The notes beneath the pieces were generated by a model, which was not told where the DNA came from, searched no databases, and saw only the letters and a list, made by a program, of their open reading frames with translations. A stretch of 64,000 nucleotides of DNA. Origin: Bacteroidota bacterium. GTDB taxonomy: Bacteria > Bacteroidota > Ignavibacteria > UBA10030. Positions 9,620 through 18,333 of the stretch are shown here, piece after piece (the stretch's first letter is position 1; each line of letters starts with the position of its first letter). Location of the stretch: NCBI GenBank assembly GCA_025454835.1, contig JALONQ010000001.1:392990-456989 (forward strand), read 5' to 3'. The translations under genes and the position numbers were made by a program.

Positions 9620-10960
9620 CTACACCAGCCCCTGGTCCATCATCGAGGTCGCCACCTTCAGGAATCCGGCGATGTTCGCACCGGTAACGTAGTTCCCCGG
9701 TGCGCCATACGTCCGTGAGACTTCGAGACAGGTGTCGTGGATCGTTGTCATGATCTGATGGAGGCGCTGGTCGACCTCGTCGCGGGGCCAAGCCAGCCGC
9801 ATGCTGTTCTGACTCATTTCGAGGCCCGAAGTGGCCACCCCGCCGGCGTTCGACGCCTTGCCGGGCGAGAACAGCACCTTCGACTCCTCGAACACGCGGA
9901 TACCGCCCAGCGACGTCGGCATGTTCGCGCCTTCGCAGACGCAGAAGCATCCGTTCTTCACGAGTTCTTTCGCGTCATTCTCGTCGAGCTCATTCTGCGT
10001 CGCGCACGGAAGTGCCACGTCGACCTTCGTGCCCCACGGCCGCTTGCCGGCGTGGAATTCGACCTTGAACTTGTCGGCGAAGTCTTTCACGCTGTCGCGG
10101 GCGCTGGCCCGCATCTCGAGCATGTATTCGATCTTCTCCCCTGAAATGCCGCTCGGGTCGTGGACGAACCCGTCCGGTCCTGAGAGGGTGACGACCTTCG
10201 CGCCGAGTTGGGTCGCCTTCAAGACGGCGCCCCATGCCACGTTGCCGAAGCCGGAGACCGCCACGCGCAACCCGTCGAAGCTCTTGCTGCGCGTCTTGAG
10301 CATCTCCTGCGCAAAGTAGACGACGCCGAAACCGGTCGCCTCGGGCCGGATACGTGAGCCACCCCAATTGAGGCCCTTGCCCGTCAGGACGCCGGAGAAC
10401 TCGCGCGTCAGGCGCTTGTACTGGCCGAACAAGTACCCGATCTCACGCGCGCCGACGCCAATATCGCCCGCAGGCACGTCGATGTCTGGACCGATATGCC
10501 GGTAGAGCTCCGTCATGAAGCTCTGGCAGAACCGCATCACCTCAAGATCGCTCTTCCCCTTCGGGTCGAAATCCGAACCGCCTTTGCCGCCTCCCATGGG
10601 GAGCGTCGTGAGGGCGTTCTTGAAGACCTGCTCGAACGCCAGGAACTTCAAAGTGCCGAGTGTGACCGACGGGTGGAAGCGCAGACCGCCTTTGTAGGGA
10701 CCGATGGCGCTGTTCATTTGAACGCGAAAACCCCGATTGACGTTGAACTCGCCACGATCGTCGAACCAAGGGACGCGGAAGATCACCACGCGTTCGGGTT
10801 CGACCATCCTTTCGAGGATCTTCGCCGAGCGGTATTCGGGGTGGCGTGCCAGCACCGGCTCCAGGGAATGCAATACCTCTTGTACTGCTTGATGGAACTC
10901 GGGTTCCGCGGGGTTCTTCGTCTTGACCAGGGTGAGGATCGATTCAGAGTAGGAATTCAT
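9620..10960 (-). CDS. gdhA: NADP-specific glutamate dehydrogenase GdhA (copy 2, ~85% identical to copy 1)
   Basis: Same motifs as copy 1. Start moved to ATG 10960 (MNSYSESILTLVKTKNPAEPEF), preceded by GGAGAA. Confidence 0.9.
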   Translation of the reverse strand: MNSYSESILTLVKTKNPAEPEFHQAVQEVLHSLEPVLARHPEYRSAKILERMVEPERVVIFRVPWFDDRGEFNVNRGFRVQMNSAIGPYKGGLRFHPSVTLGTLKFLAFEQVFKNALTTLPMGGGKGGSDFDPKGKSDLEVMRFCQSFMTELYRHIGPDIDVPAGDIGVGAREIGYLFGQYKRLTREFSGVLTGKGLNWGGSRIRPEATGFGVVYFAQEMLKTRSKSFDGLRVAVSGFGNVAWGAVLKATQLGAKVVTLSGPDGFVHDPSGISGEKIEYMLEMRASARDSVKDFADKFKVEFHAGKRPWGTKVDVALPCATQNELDENDAKELVKNGCFCVCEGANMPTSLGGIRVFEESKVLFSPGKASNAGGVATSGLEMSQNSMRLAWPRDEVDQRLHQIMTTIHDTCLEVSRTYGAPGNYVTGANIAGFLKVATSMMDQGLV

Positions 10961-11192
10961 AGAAGGTTCTCCAAGGGACTCGGATTTCAGTTCCTGCAGC
11001 GGAGGTGGTAGGGAGGGATCTCCGCGTTGGACAGTTCGCCGCTCTGGCAGCAATCGTCATGCCCGAGGACGGGTACAGATGTTCCTCCAAATTCAGTGGA
11101 AATGCAAGGCAGACAATCGGTGCCACGCCCACATGGGACTTCCGGAGGACCATTTCTTAGCGGTGGGAAGGCTATTCCCGGGAAGACGCACG

Positions 11193-11227
11193 GTGCAAAA
11201 ACGCGAAGGTCCCCGGAGAGGGGACCT
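11193..11227 (-). terminator. Rho-independent terminator after the B12-uptake gene cluster
   Basis: Minus-strand RNA GGUCCCCUCUCCGGGGACC followed by UUCGCGUUUUUGC, 24 nt downstream of the stop of the 175-aa membrane protein. Confidence 0.6.
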
Positions 11228-11250
11228 TCAAAGGCACAGACCGGAAACGT

Positions 11251-11778
11251 TCAACGGGATGCGGGTTCTGTCGACATCGCCCAGGAAGGCATCCAGCGGC
11301 GGGCGAACTCGAACGTGCCCGAGAGGATGGCGACATACACAAGGTCCCCGAGCACCGTGTTGCGGAAGAAGGGAATGGCGACCACATAGCATTCAACGAG
11401 GCCCGCCCACGTTTTCGGATAGACGCCTCCATCTCCCACCAACCACACACCGAAATTCGTCACAAGGAAGAAGAACACCGATCCGCCGAGCGTTGCGCCG
11501 GCAACGACGGGCACGGACCGGCGATCGCGCAACCAGAGGCCGATCGCACTGCTCGCGGCAAAGCTGACATAGACGAACGGCATGATGCCATGCATGCCCA
11601 GGAAGAGGTCGCTCACGAGCATCGCCGCCAACGGAAGGATGAAGGCATACCGGCGATCGAGATACAACGCGCCCGTGAGGGCCAACGCCGCCAGCGGGGT
11701 CACGTTGGGCGGGTGCGGCAGGAACCGCGTGAGCGCGGCAATGCCGATGACGACCGTGGCGAAAAGAACGTGCTTCAT
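11251..11778 (-). CDS. Small polytopic membrane protein (175 aa, ~5 TM), function unknown; the 3'-most CDS of the riboswitch-btuB gene cluster
   Basis: Hydrophobic segments throughout; 57-nt gap to the upstream propeller gene, same strand, followed by a terminator. Confidence 0.6.
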   Translation of the reverse strand: MKHVLFATVVIGIAALTRFLPHPPNVTPLAALALTGALYLDRRYAFILPLAAMLVSDLFLGMHGIMPFVYVSFAASSAIGLWLRDRRSVPVVAGATLGGSVFFFLVTNFGVWLVGDGGVYPKTWAGLVECYVVAIPFFRNTVLGDLVYVAILSGTFEFARRWMPSWAMSTEPASR

Positions 11779-11835
11779 ATCAGCCTCCAGGTGAACGTAT
11801 GCGTGAATGATGGTACAGAAAAATCCGTTCGCATG

Positions 11836-12960
11836 CTACGGCAGGAAGACAAATCCATTCGGCGCCACGCCGATCCCTGCAACATAGGTCCGCACGGGGG
11901 TTCCCGACAGCGTGTGTACCTGCACGGTCCCATTGCTGACGAAATCGCCGGCCAGCGACAGATACAGTTCCGAGCGCGCGCGGTCCACGCCAACGCCATA
12001 GAAGTTCCCGGCGACGAGCAATGTCGACACGATCATCGGCGATGATCCTCCGGTCAGTTTCATCACACCCGATCCTCCCGCCCCGGAGACCGTGACGTAG
12101 AGGTCTCCCGATGCATCCACCGCGATCCGACCGGCGGGCTGGGAGAGGCGAACCGTATCGACCACATTGCCGGAGGCCCCGTCGATCGTCAGTACCGCTC
12201 CGGGCACGTCGAGCCCTCCTCCCCACGCCACCGATCCCGTGCACAGGACATGCATCAGTCCGGAAGTCCCGAGCACCCCGTATGACGGTCCGTGTGGCGT
12301 CGAGATCGTCGCCATCACGTTGTCGGTCTTCAGGTCGATGACGCTCACGCTCGAACCGTATCCCCATCCCCCATTGAAGACATACAGCCGGTCGCCGAAT
12401 CGGATCAATCCCTCCGGGTTGGTTCCGACGACGATCTCCTTGGCCACGACACCTCCGCTCAGGTCGAGCACGGAGACCGTTGAGTCCATATTCGTCACAT
12501 AAGCTAGGAGAGACGAGACGACCTCAATGGATCGCGGGGCGCGCGTGAGCATGATCGTCTGCAGCCAACGATGTGTGCCCGCTTCGATCACTTCGATCTT
12601 CCGGGAGTTGTTCACGACGACATACAACTTGCCGTTGGCGAGGGCAGCATGTTGGGCAACGTCTCCGAGCGTCCGTCCTGAATTGGCGGTCGAGAACACG
12701 GCCCCCGAGACGTTCGTCCGGTCCTCACCAATGAACGAGATCTCCGCGTTCGAAGCCAAGAACGACCCTTCGTTGATCACGTAGATGCCCTTGGGTCCAC
12801 TGACGGCTGGACCCGGGTCGACGACCGGGTCGCACCCTCCTCCAAGAATGACCGCCAGAAGCATGGAGCACACCCAGCCACCACGAAGGCGGATCTGTCG
12901 ACCTCGACTGAGGCCGCCGTTCACTGAAGATCCTGACACTGCACTACTCTCATTCGTCAT
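11836..12960 (-). CDS. Beta-propeller lipoprotein (YVTN/YncE-like repeats); candidate BtuG-like surface B12-binding protein
   Basis: Repeated blade-like motifs (LYVVVNNS, AYVTNMDSTVSVLD, LYVFNGG, LYVTVSG); lipobox LLAVILGGGC if translation starts at the internal ATG (12864). Sits immediately downstream of the btuB-like gene. Confidence 0.6.
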   Translation of the reverse strand: MTNESSAVSGSSVNGGLSRGRQIRLRGGWVCSMLLAVILGGGCDPVVDPGPAVSGPKGIYVINEGSFLASNAEISFIGEDRTNVSGAVFSTANSGRTLGDVAQHAALANGKLYVVVNNSRKIEVIEAGTHRWLQTIMLTRAPRSIEVVSSLLAYVTNMDSTVSVLDLSGGVVAKEIVVGTNPEGLIRFGDRLYVFNGGWGYGSSVSVIDLKTDNVMATISTPHGPSYGVLGTSGLMHVLCTGSVAWGGGLDVPGAVLTIDGASGNVVDTVRLSQPAGRIAVDASGDLYVTVSGAGGSGVMKLTGGSSPMIVSTLLVAGNFYGVGVDRARSELYLSLAGDFVSNGTVQVHTLSGTPVRTYVAGIGVAPNGFVFLP

Positions 12961-14857
12961 GTGCGATGAGACCTATGGAGACGCCCAACCTGAAGCTGCG
13001 GCCGGGGAGTGGATATCCGGGAATGGACGTACCGGCGACGTCTAGGAGATTGTCCACGGTACCGATCAAGCTCATGCGTCGACCGACGAAAACGCCCACG
13101 AGACGGCCGGCGACCGACACCCGCGTGGTCGGCGGAAGACTCAGAGCCGCCAGATTGTCCAGTGTCGTGAATCGCCGGGAAAGGTAGCGAACGACCGGAC
13201 TGAGGATGAGCGGGCCCACGCTCACGTCCAGACCTGTCGAAGCGAGCCACCGCGGAACAAAGGGTACTTGCCGCCCCGGCAACGAGGGCGACCTCGATTC
13301 CACCATGGCGTAGGTGGCATTCGCCCACCACCGGAAGACCCCCGTCCGCCAGACGGCGTTCACATCGGCCCCTTCGCTCACCGTACGCGCCAAGTTGACC
13401 GGTGGCCATCCGGTGATCCGGTCGCGCGTGTCCGCGAAGAAGGCGTTGATGGAAGCTGAGAAAGCGCCGTCGGGGTGCGTCCTCAAATGGACTCCCGCGT
13501 CGGCCGTCACCACGCGTTCCGGCCGCAGATGCGGGTCGCCCCCCGGCTGCCAATACAGCTCATTGAAGTTGGGAGTGCGCACACCCGCGCCAAGACTGGC
13601 CCTGGCCGTCAGCATCCCGTCAGCGACAAGGGGCAACTCGGCGGCCAGCCGGGGACCGAATGAAGGACGCTGGTCCGACATCAGCTCCCAACGGACCATG
13701 GGCAGGATCCTCAAGCCGGAAGTGCCGTTCGTCCAGTCGGCCGAGGATGTGATGCTTGCCGCGACCCTCCGTGTTTCTTGCGTGAAGGCGTCTCCCTCAA
13801 GTTCCGCCGTCGAGACCTCAATCCCGGTTCCGGCCACCACCGCGTCTGAGATCCTCCACCGCCCCTGAACCCAGCCGCTCAGGATCCTGGTGACGAATCG
13901 ATCGGGGGGCGTAATGATGTCGTTCCGTTCCTCATACGACTCCTCTTGAAAAGAGGCCGACATTCCGCCTTCCCAACCAGTCCCGCCTGCTTCCTGGTGT
14001 ACGGCTCGGATGACAAGGTGGGCGACCTTGTCCCGAAGGCGGGCCAACGTCGTCGGTCCGGCGGTGACCGGTCCCGGCGATCCGCGGTCGGAGGAAACGG
14101 CCATGACAGTCGCTTCGACGTGGCCCCACGGGACTCCATGTACGACGGCCGAAGCAGCAGCGTGCCAGCGCTGGTACGACGCTCCTTCCCTCAACCGATC
14201 GGAAGCGCCGTCGGCGTCGACCCACGTGAATGGAAAGTCGCCGTCCGAACGGTCCACGCCGAATCGAACGCTCGTGGAGGCATATCGCCCAGCCTGATCC
14301 CACCGTAGATCAGCGCCCCCTTCGCCAAACGACCCGGAGCGCGCGCCGATCGTCAGGTCGTTCTTCATCGAGGGCCAGATCCCGAGCACGACGGCTCCGG
14401 CATTGGCGTCGGAGCCGAACAGAAGGGATTGTCCTCCCCGCACGACCGCGACCGCGTCGAAGATCGCCGCGGGATACAGGCCAAAGTCGACAAGGCTGTT
14501 CTGCGGACTGTTCAGCCGCATGCCATTCAACTGGACGACGGTCTGGGTTGCAGGAGCGTTTCGCAGGCTCACCGTCTTGATCCCACCCGGGCCGCCGATG
14601 TCACGAATGAACAGTCCTCCTTCGTCTTCGAGGACGGCGTCGAGCGACCGCCCGTCGAGCCGGCGGATCGACCATCCGTCCAGCCGAACGACGGTACCCA
14701 TCGTCTCTGCCGACCTCGGCACCAGTCGCGTCGCCGACACGACCACGACCGGCTGGGTGTAGCTTACTGATGAATCCGCAACGGACTGGCCCAGGAGGAC
14801 GTCCGAGGACGTCTGCACCAATAGGCAGATTGCGGCATGGGAGATGCGTCGATACAT
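12950..14857 (-). CDS. btuB: TonB-dependent outer-membrane receptor, BtuB-like (635 aa)
   Basis: Plug-domain motifs (VVVSATRL, DAVLEDEGGLFIRDIGGPGG..VSLRN, G.RL), long beta-barrel region; sits directly downstream of a cobalamin riboswitch. Confidence 0.8.
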   Translation of the reverse strand: MYRRISHAAICLLVQTSSDVLLGQSVADSSVSYTQPVVVVSATRLVPRSAETMGTVVRLDGWSIRRLDGRSLDAVLEDEGGLFIRDIGGPGGIKTVSLRNAPATQTVVQLNGMRLNSPQNSLVDFGLYPAAIFDAVAVVRGGQSLLFGSDANAGAVVLGIWPSMKNDLTIGARSGSFGEGGADLRWDQAGRYASTSVRFGVDRSDGDFPFTWVDADGASDRLREGASYQRWHAAASAVVHGVPWGHVEATVMAVSSDRGSPGPVTAGPTTLARLRDKVAHLVIRAVHQEAGGTGWEGGMSASFQEESYEERNDIITPPDRFVTRILSGWVQGRWRISDAVVAGTGIEVSTAELEGDAFTQETRRVAASITSSADWTNGTSGLRILPMVRWELMSDQRPSFGPRLAAELPLVADGMLTARASLGAGVRTPNFNELYWQPGGDPHLRPERVVTADAGVHLRTHPDGAFSASINAFFADTRDRITGWPPVNLARTVSEGADVNAVWRTGVFRWWANATYAMVESRSPSLPGRQVPFVPRWLASTGLDVSVGPLILSPVVRYLSRRFTTLDNLAALSLPPTTRVSVAGRLVGVFVGRRMSLIGTVDNLLDVAGTSIPGYPLPGRSFRLGVSIGLIAHDE

Positions 14858-14868
14858 CGATCAGGTAC

Positions 14869-14902
14869 AAGAAAAGGCCCCGTCTCCGGAGGAGAAGGGG
14901 CC
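14869..14902 (-). terminator. Terminator hairpin of the riboswitch expression platform
   Basis: Minus-strand RNA GGCCCCUUCUCCUCCGGAGACGGGGCC followed by UUUUCUU, ending 11 nt before the btuB ATG. Confidence 0.6.
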
Positions 14903-14967
14903 AAGGGGTGCGCCGAATGGCGCAACCAACGATCCCGGTCCCTTCCCGCGAAGGCACGGTGCAGTTG

Positions 14968-15161
14968 CGATCTGGCAGGTCTCCTGGCTCTCCCGGCACC
15001 GACCGCCTTCTCAACCCTCCCGGGTCAATGGCGTTTCCGTCGATGCGCAGGCCCTTGCGGGCCGGGATCACAGTTGCGGGGCAGCTTCCGAATGGTCCCG
15101 CCGGAGCGGGACGCACGGAATTCCCTTTTCATCCCGCCGTGCGCGGCGGGACACCAGATCG
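14968..15161 (-). promoter_or_regulatory. Cobalamin (B12) riboswitch
   Basis: On the minus strand: P1 halves CGAUCUGG / CCAGAUCG; GGUGUC...AAAAGGGAA; GCUGCCCCGCAACUGU; B12-box GAGCCAGGAGACCUGCC (fits the rAGYCMGgAgaCCkGCC consensus). Lies in the 5' UTR of the BtuB-like receptor. Confidence 0.85.
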
Positions 15162-15240
15162 TGATGAGACAAAGAACAGGACACAAACAACGTACGCCAA
15201 GGATCAGCCAAACGCAACCAACGCTTCCAGATCTCGGACC

Positions 15241-16956
15241 TCAGTACCCTACCGCGCCGCCGTCGGGATCGCGCGGGTCCGCCACGCCCCAACGGAGCCT
15301 CGTCGCCGGATCGACGAGGATGCCGTGCACGCGGCCCTGCGTTCCACCGAAGGACACGCGATGACCTTTGGCCCGCAACAGTTCCTCCGTGTCCCTCGAG
15401 ACGCCGAACCTCTCGATCCTTAGCACGTTCGGTTGCCACTGATGGTGGACCCGCTTCGCGGCCACCGCATCGATAAGGCTCATGCGATGGTCGACGAGAT
15501 TCAGCGTCACCTGCAGCACGGTATTGATGATCGTCCGGCCTCCAGGGCTCCCGATGAGCGCCCACGGCTGCCCATCCTTCATGATGATCGTCGGGGTCAT
15601 GCTCGACAACATCCGCTTCCCCGGTGCCACACGATTGGCCTTCGTACCGATGAACCCCAACGAGTCGGTGCGTCCAGGGACAGGGTTGAAGTCTCCCATC
15701 TCGTTGTTGAGGAGGAAGCCCAGCCCATCCGCAACGATACGCGATCCGTAGCCGTATTCCAGCGTGTACGTGACCACCACGGCGTTCCCCTCGGCGTCCA
15801 CGACCGAATAGTGGGTCGTCTGATCGCTTTCCGACGCTGATTCGACGGCGCTGACAGGGATGTCGCCGGCCCGCGCGCGGTCGATTCCCGCCCGCACGTG
15901 CTCGGCATACGTTTTTGAGGTGAGACGAGCGATCGGAAGCTGCGAGTTCGCGTCGGGGTCGCCCATGTGCGCTGCGCGGTCCGCAAACGCCCGCCGCATG
16001 GATTCGGTCACGAGATGAAGATACTCCGCCGAATTGTGGCCCAGGGCTTGGAGATCATACCCTTCGAGGATATTCAGCATTTCGATGAGCGCCGTACCGC
16101 CGGAACTCGGCGGGGGCATCGACACGATCTCGTGATCCCTGTATGTTCCTCGAATCGGAACGCGCTCGACGGCTTCGTACTCATTGAGGTCCGCCTCGCT
16201 GACGAGGCCTCCGTTCGCCCGCATGTCGACAGCCAGCAGGCGGGCCGTCGTACCTTGGTAGAATCCGTCGCGTCCGTCCGTCATGATGCGCCGGAGCGTC
16301 TCGGCCAGGTCGGGCTGCTTCCACGTCTCCCCCATTTGGTAGTTCGACCCGTCGGGCTTGAGGAAGACCTTGGCTGATGCGGGATAGCGTTTCCAGTCCG
16401 CCGTCAGGGCCTTAAAATCTGACGCCATGGACCAACTCAGCGGAAAGCCCTCTGCGGCGAGCCGCACGGCCGGCTCCGTCACCTCGCTCCAGGCCCGCGT
16501 ACCGAACCGACGCAGTGCCAGATCGAATCCTGCGATCGTGCCCGGCACCCCGACGGACAAGTAGCCCTCGTGGTTGAGGTCGTCAACGTACCGACCGTTC
16601 GCATCCAGGTACATCCGTTCGTGTGCCCCGGCAGGCGCCTTCTCCCTGAAATCGAAAGAGGTGGTCGTGCCATCCTTCCACCGGACGATCATGAATCCCC
16701 CGCCGCCGATATTCCCGGCGGCGGGATGAACGACAGCCAACGCCAATCCGGTGGCAACCGCCGCGTCCACAGCGTTTCCGCCCGACTTCAGCACCTCCAT
16801 CCCGACGCGAGAAGCCAGGACGTGTGCCGACACGACCATGCCGTGCTTCGCGACGGACGGACCGTTCGACGTCTGATCGGCGACTGTGACCGAGGGCGGT
16901 GCACAACCCCAGGTGACCGCAACCAGGGCGAGAGAGGCGAGGATGGCACGACGCAT
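15241..16956 (-). CDS. ggt: Gamma-glutamyltranspeptidase (lipoprotein-type signal peptide)
   Basis: GGT family motifs (GGGFMIV, TTHYSVVD, GSPGG); start moved to ATG 16956 (MRRAILASLALVAVTWGC), leaving a 10-nt gap after ssb. Confidence 0.85.
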   Translation of the reverse strand: MRRAILASLALVAVTWGCAPPSVTVADQTSNGPSVAKHGMVVSAHVLASRVGMEVLKSGGNAVDAAVATGLALAVVHPAAGNIGGGGFMIVRWKDGTTTSFDFREKAPAGAHERMYLDANGRYVDDLNHEGYLSVGVPGTIAGFDLALRRFGTRAWSEVTEPAVRLAAEGFPLSWSMASDFKALTADWKRYPASAKVFLKPDGSNYQMGETWKQPDLAETLRRIMTDGRDGFYQGTTARLLAVDMRANGGLVSEADLNEYEAVERVPIRGTYRDHEIVSMPPPSSGGTALIEMLNILEGYDLQALGHNSAEYLHLVTESMRRAFADRAAHMGDPDANSQLPIARLTSKTYAEHVRAGIDRARAGDIPVSAVESASESDQTTHYSVVDAEGNAVVVTYTLEYGYGSRIVADGLGFLLNNEMGDFNPVPGRTDSLGFIGTKANRVAPGKRMLSSMTPTIIMKDGQPWALIGSPGGRTIINTVLQVTLNLVDHRMSLIDAVAAKRVHHQWQPNVLRIERFGVSRDTEELLRAKGHRVSFGGTQGRVHGILVDPATRLRWGVADPRDPDGGAVGY

Positions 16957-16966
16957 GATGCAGGCC

Positions 16967-17401
16967 TCAGAACGGTAGATCGTCGTCCTTGGCGGAAGGT
17001 CCGGGACCGGTCGGAGGCGAGGAAGGCCCGGGGTCCGAGGCTCCGCCGCCGGCGGCGGCGTCACGATTGCGGCCGTCGAGCATCACCATCTGATCGATGA
17101 CGATCTCCGTGACGTAGCGCTTCACGCCGTTCTTGTCGTCGTACGTTCGGTATTGCAGACGGCCTTCGACGTAGATCTTGCTCCCCTTCTTGAGGTATTC
17201 ACCGATGACCTCCGCCAGTTTCCGCCAGGCGACGAGGTTGTGCCATTCGGTGCGTTCCTGCGTGTTGCCCTCGGCATCGCGCCATGACTCGTTGGTGGCG
17301 AGCGTGAATGTGGCAACGGCGACACCGCTGCCGGTGTAGCGCACTTCGGGATCTTTCCCGAGGTTGCCGATCAAGATGACCTTGTTGACGCTGCGTGACA
17401 T
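16967..17401 (-). CDS. ssb: Single-stranded DNA-binding protein
   Basis: OB-fold SSB N-terminus ([19 protein letters not shown]), Gly/Pro-rich linker, acidic tail DDDLPF. Confidence 0.9.
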   Translation of the reverse strand: MSRSVNKVILIGNLGKDPEVRYTGSGVAVATFTLATNESWRDAEGNTQERTEWHNLVAWRKLAEVIGEYLKKGSKIYVEGRLQYRTYDDKNGVKRYVTEIVIDQMVMLDGRNRDAAAGGGASDPGPSSPPTGPGPSAKDDDLPF

Positions 17402-17466
17402 AGGACCCCCGTCCAGTGTGATGTGTGATCGGTGAACGGTCTGCCGGCATGTTCCGGCAGCACCGG

Positions 17467-18333
17467 TTACTGCTCAAGTCGTATCCGTGCGATCGATCCG
17501 GCACTCAGTACGATCAAGTGCCCATCCTGCCAGCCGACGCTCCAGAGGTCCTGCAACGCGATCCCCGGCACGATCGACCCCCGATGCCAGCGATAGATGC
17601 GGCTCTCCGCCTCGTGAACGAGGAAAAGCGTGTCCGCCGAGACCGCTGCCAGCCAACCTCCCGCTCCGGCTGCGGCCCGGATGACCGTCCTGCCGCCCAA
17701 CTCCACGCGGCGCAGCTGATTGCCGAACAGGTCAACGATGCGAACGCCACCCGCCTCTCCGACAAGCAAACGCTCGGTGCCATCGACGCTCACGCAAGTG
17801 GGACCGTCAAGCGGAGGTCCACCCGATACCTCTCTGCCGATGCGAAAGGCGACCCGCCCGTCCGGCCGAAAGCCGACCACCTCGTCGGACTCTCCGTCGA
17901 GCACGACGAGGTCACCCCGTCCGCTGACGGCAACGCCGTTCGGAAATCCGAATCGGGCTCGCAGGTCCGCCGTGTCGCGGGTAGCGAACGAACTCAGCGG
18001 CCGCAGAGCGCGGTCATACGAGACGATGCGATGATTCCCGCGATCGGCGACATAGACCCGGTTTCCGTCGGTCGCCAGGCCCGAAGGCTGATCGAGCGCC
18101 GACAGACTCCAGCCGTAGCCACCGACCATTCCTCCGGACGTGCCGTCCGGCCGCTGCCAGACCACCTCATGTCGTTCCGGATCGGCCAGATACCAGGAGC
18201 CTCCGATGCCCACGGAGAGCGCTCGCACGGAGGAAGCGACCTCGACGCGCGCGACCTCGATGAGCAGCGGACGTGATTGCGGACCTGGCGGCGTCAGGAG
18301 CCAGAGGAGCGTCACTGCAACAAGCGCTGCCAT
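17467..18333 (-). CDS. NHL-repeat beta-propeller protein, secreted
   Basis: Repeated NHL-like blades ([28 protein letters not shown]), hydrophobic N-terminus. Confidence 0.6.
   Translation of the reverse strand: MAALVAVTLLWLLTPPGPQSRPLLIEVARVEVASSVRALSVGIGGSWYLADPERHEVVWQRPDGTSGGMVGGYGWSLSALDQPSGLATDGNRVYVADRGNHRIVSYDRALRPLSSFATRDTADLRARFGFPNGVAVSGRGDLVVLDGESDEVVGFRPDGRVAFRIGREVSGGPPLDGPTCVSVDGTERLLVGEAGGVRIVDLFGNQLRRVELGGRTVIRAAAGAGGWLAAVSADTLFLVHEAESRIYRWHRGSIVPGIALQDLWSVGWQDGHLIVLSAGSIARIRLEQ

Noticed and set aside
5014-11053. Recent segmental duplication or assembly artefact producing the two gdhA-X units
   Set aside because: The copies are clearly diverged (GdhA ~85% and X ~60% aa identity) with different spacer sequences. 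They are ancient paralogs, not repeats.
11251-11778. Calling the 175-aa membrane protein an ECF-transporter S component or BtuM/CbrT
   Set aside because: Topology and size are compatible, but I cannot recognise a defining motif. Kept as hypothetical.
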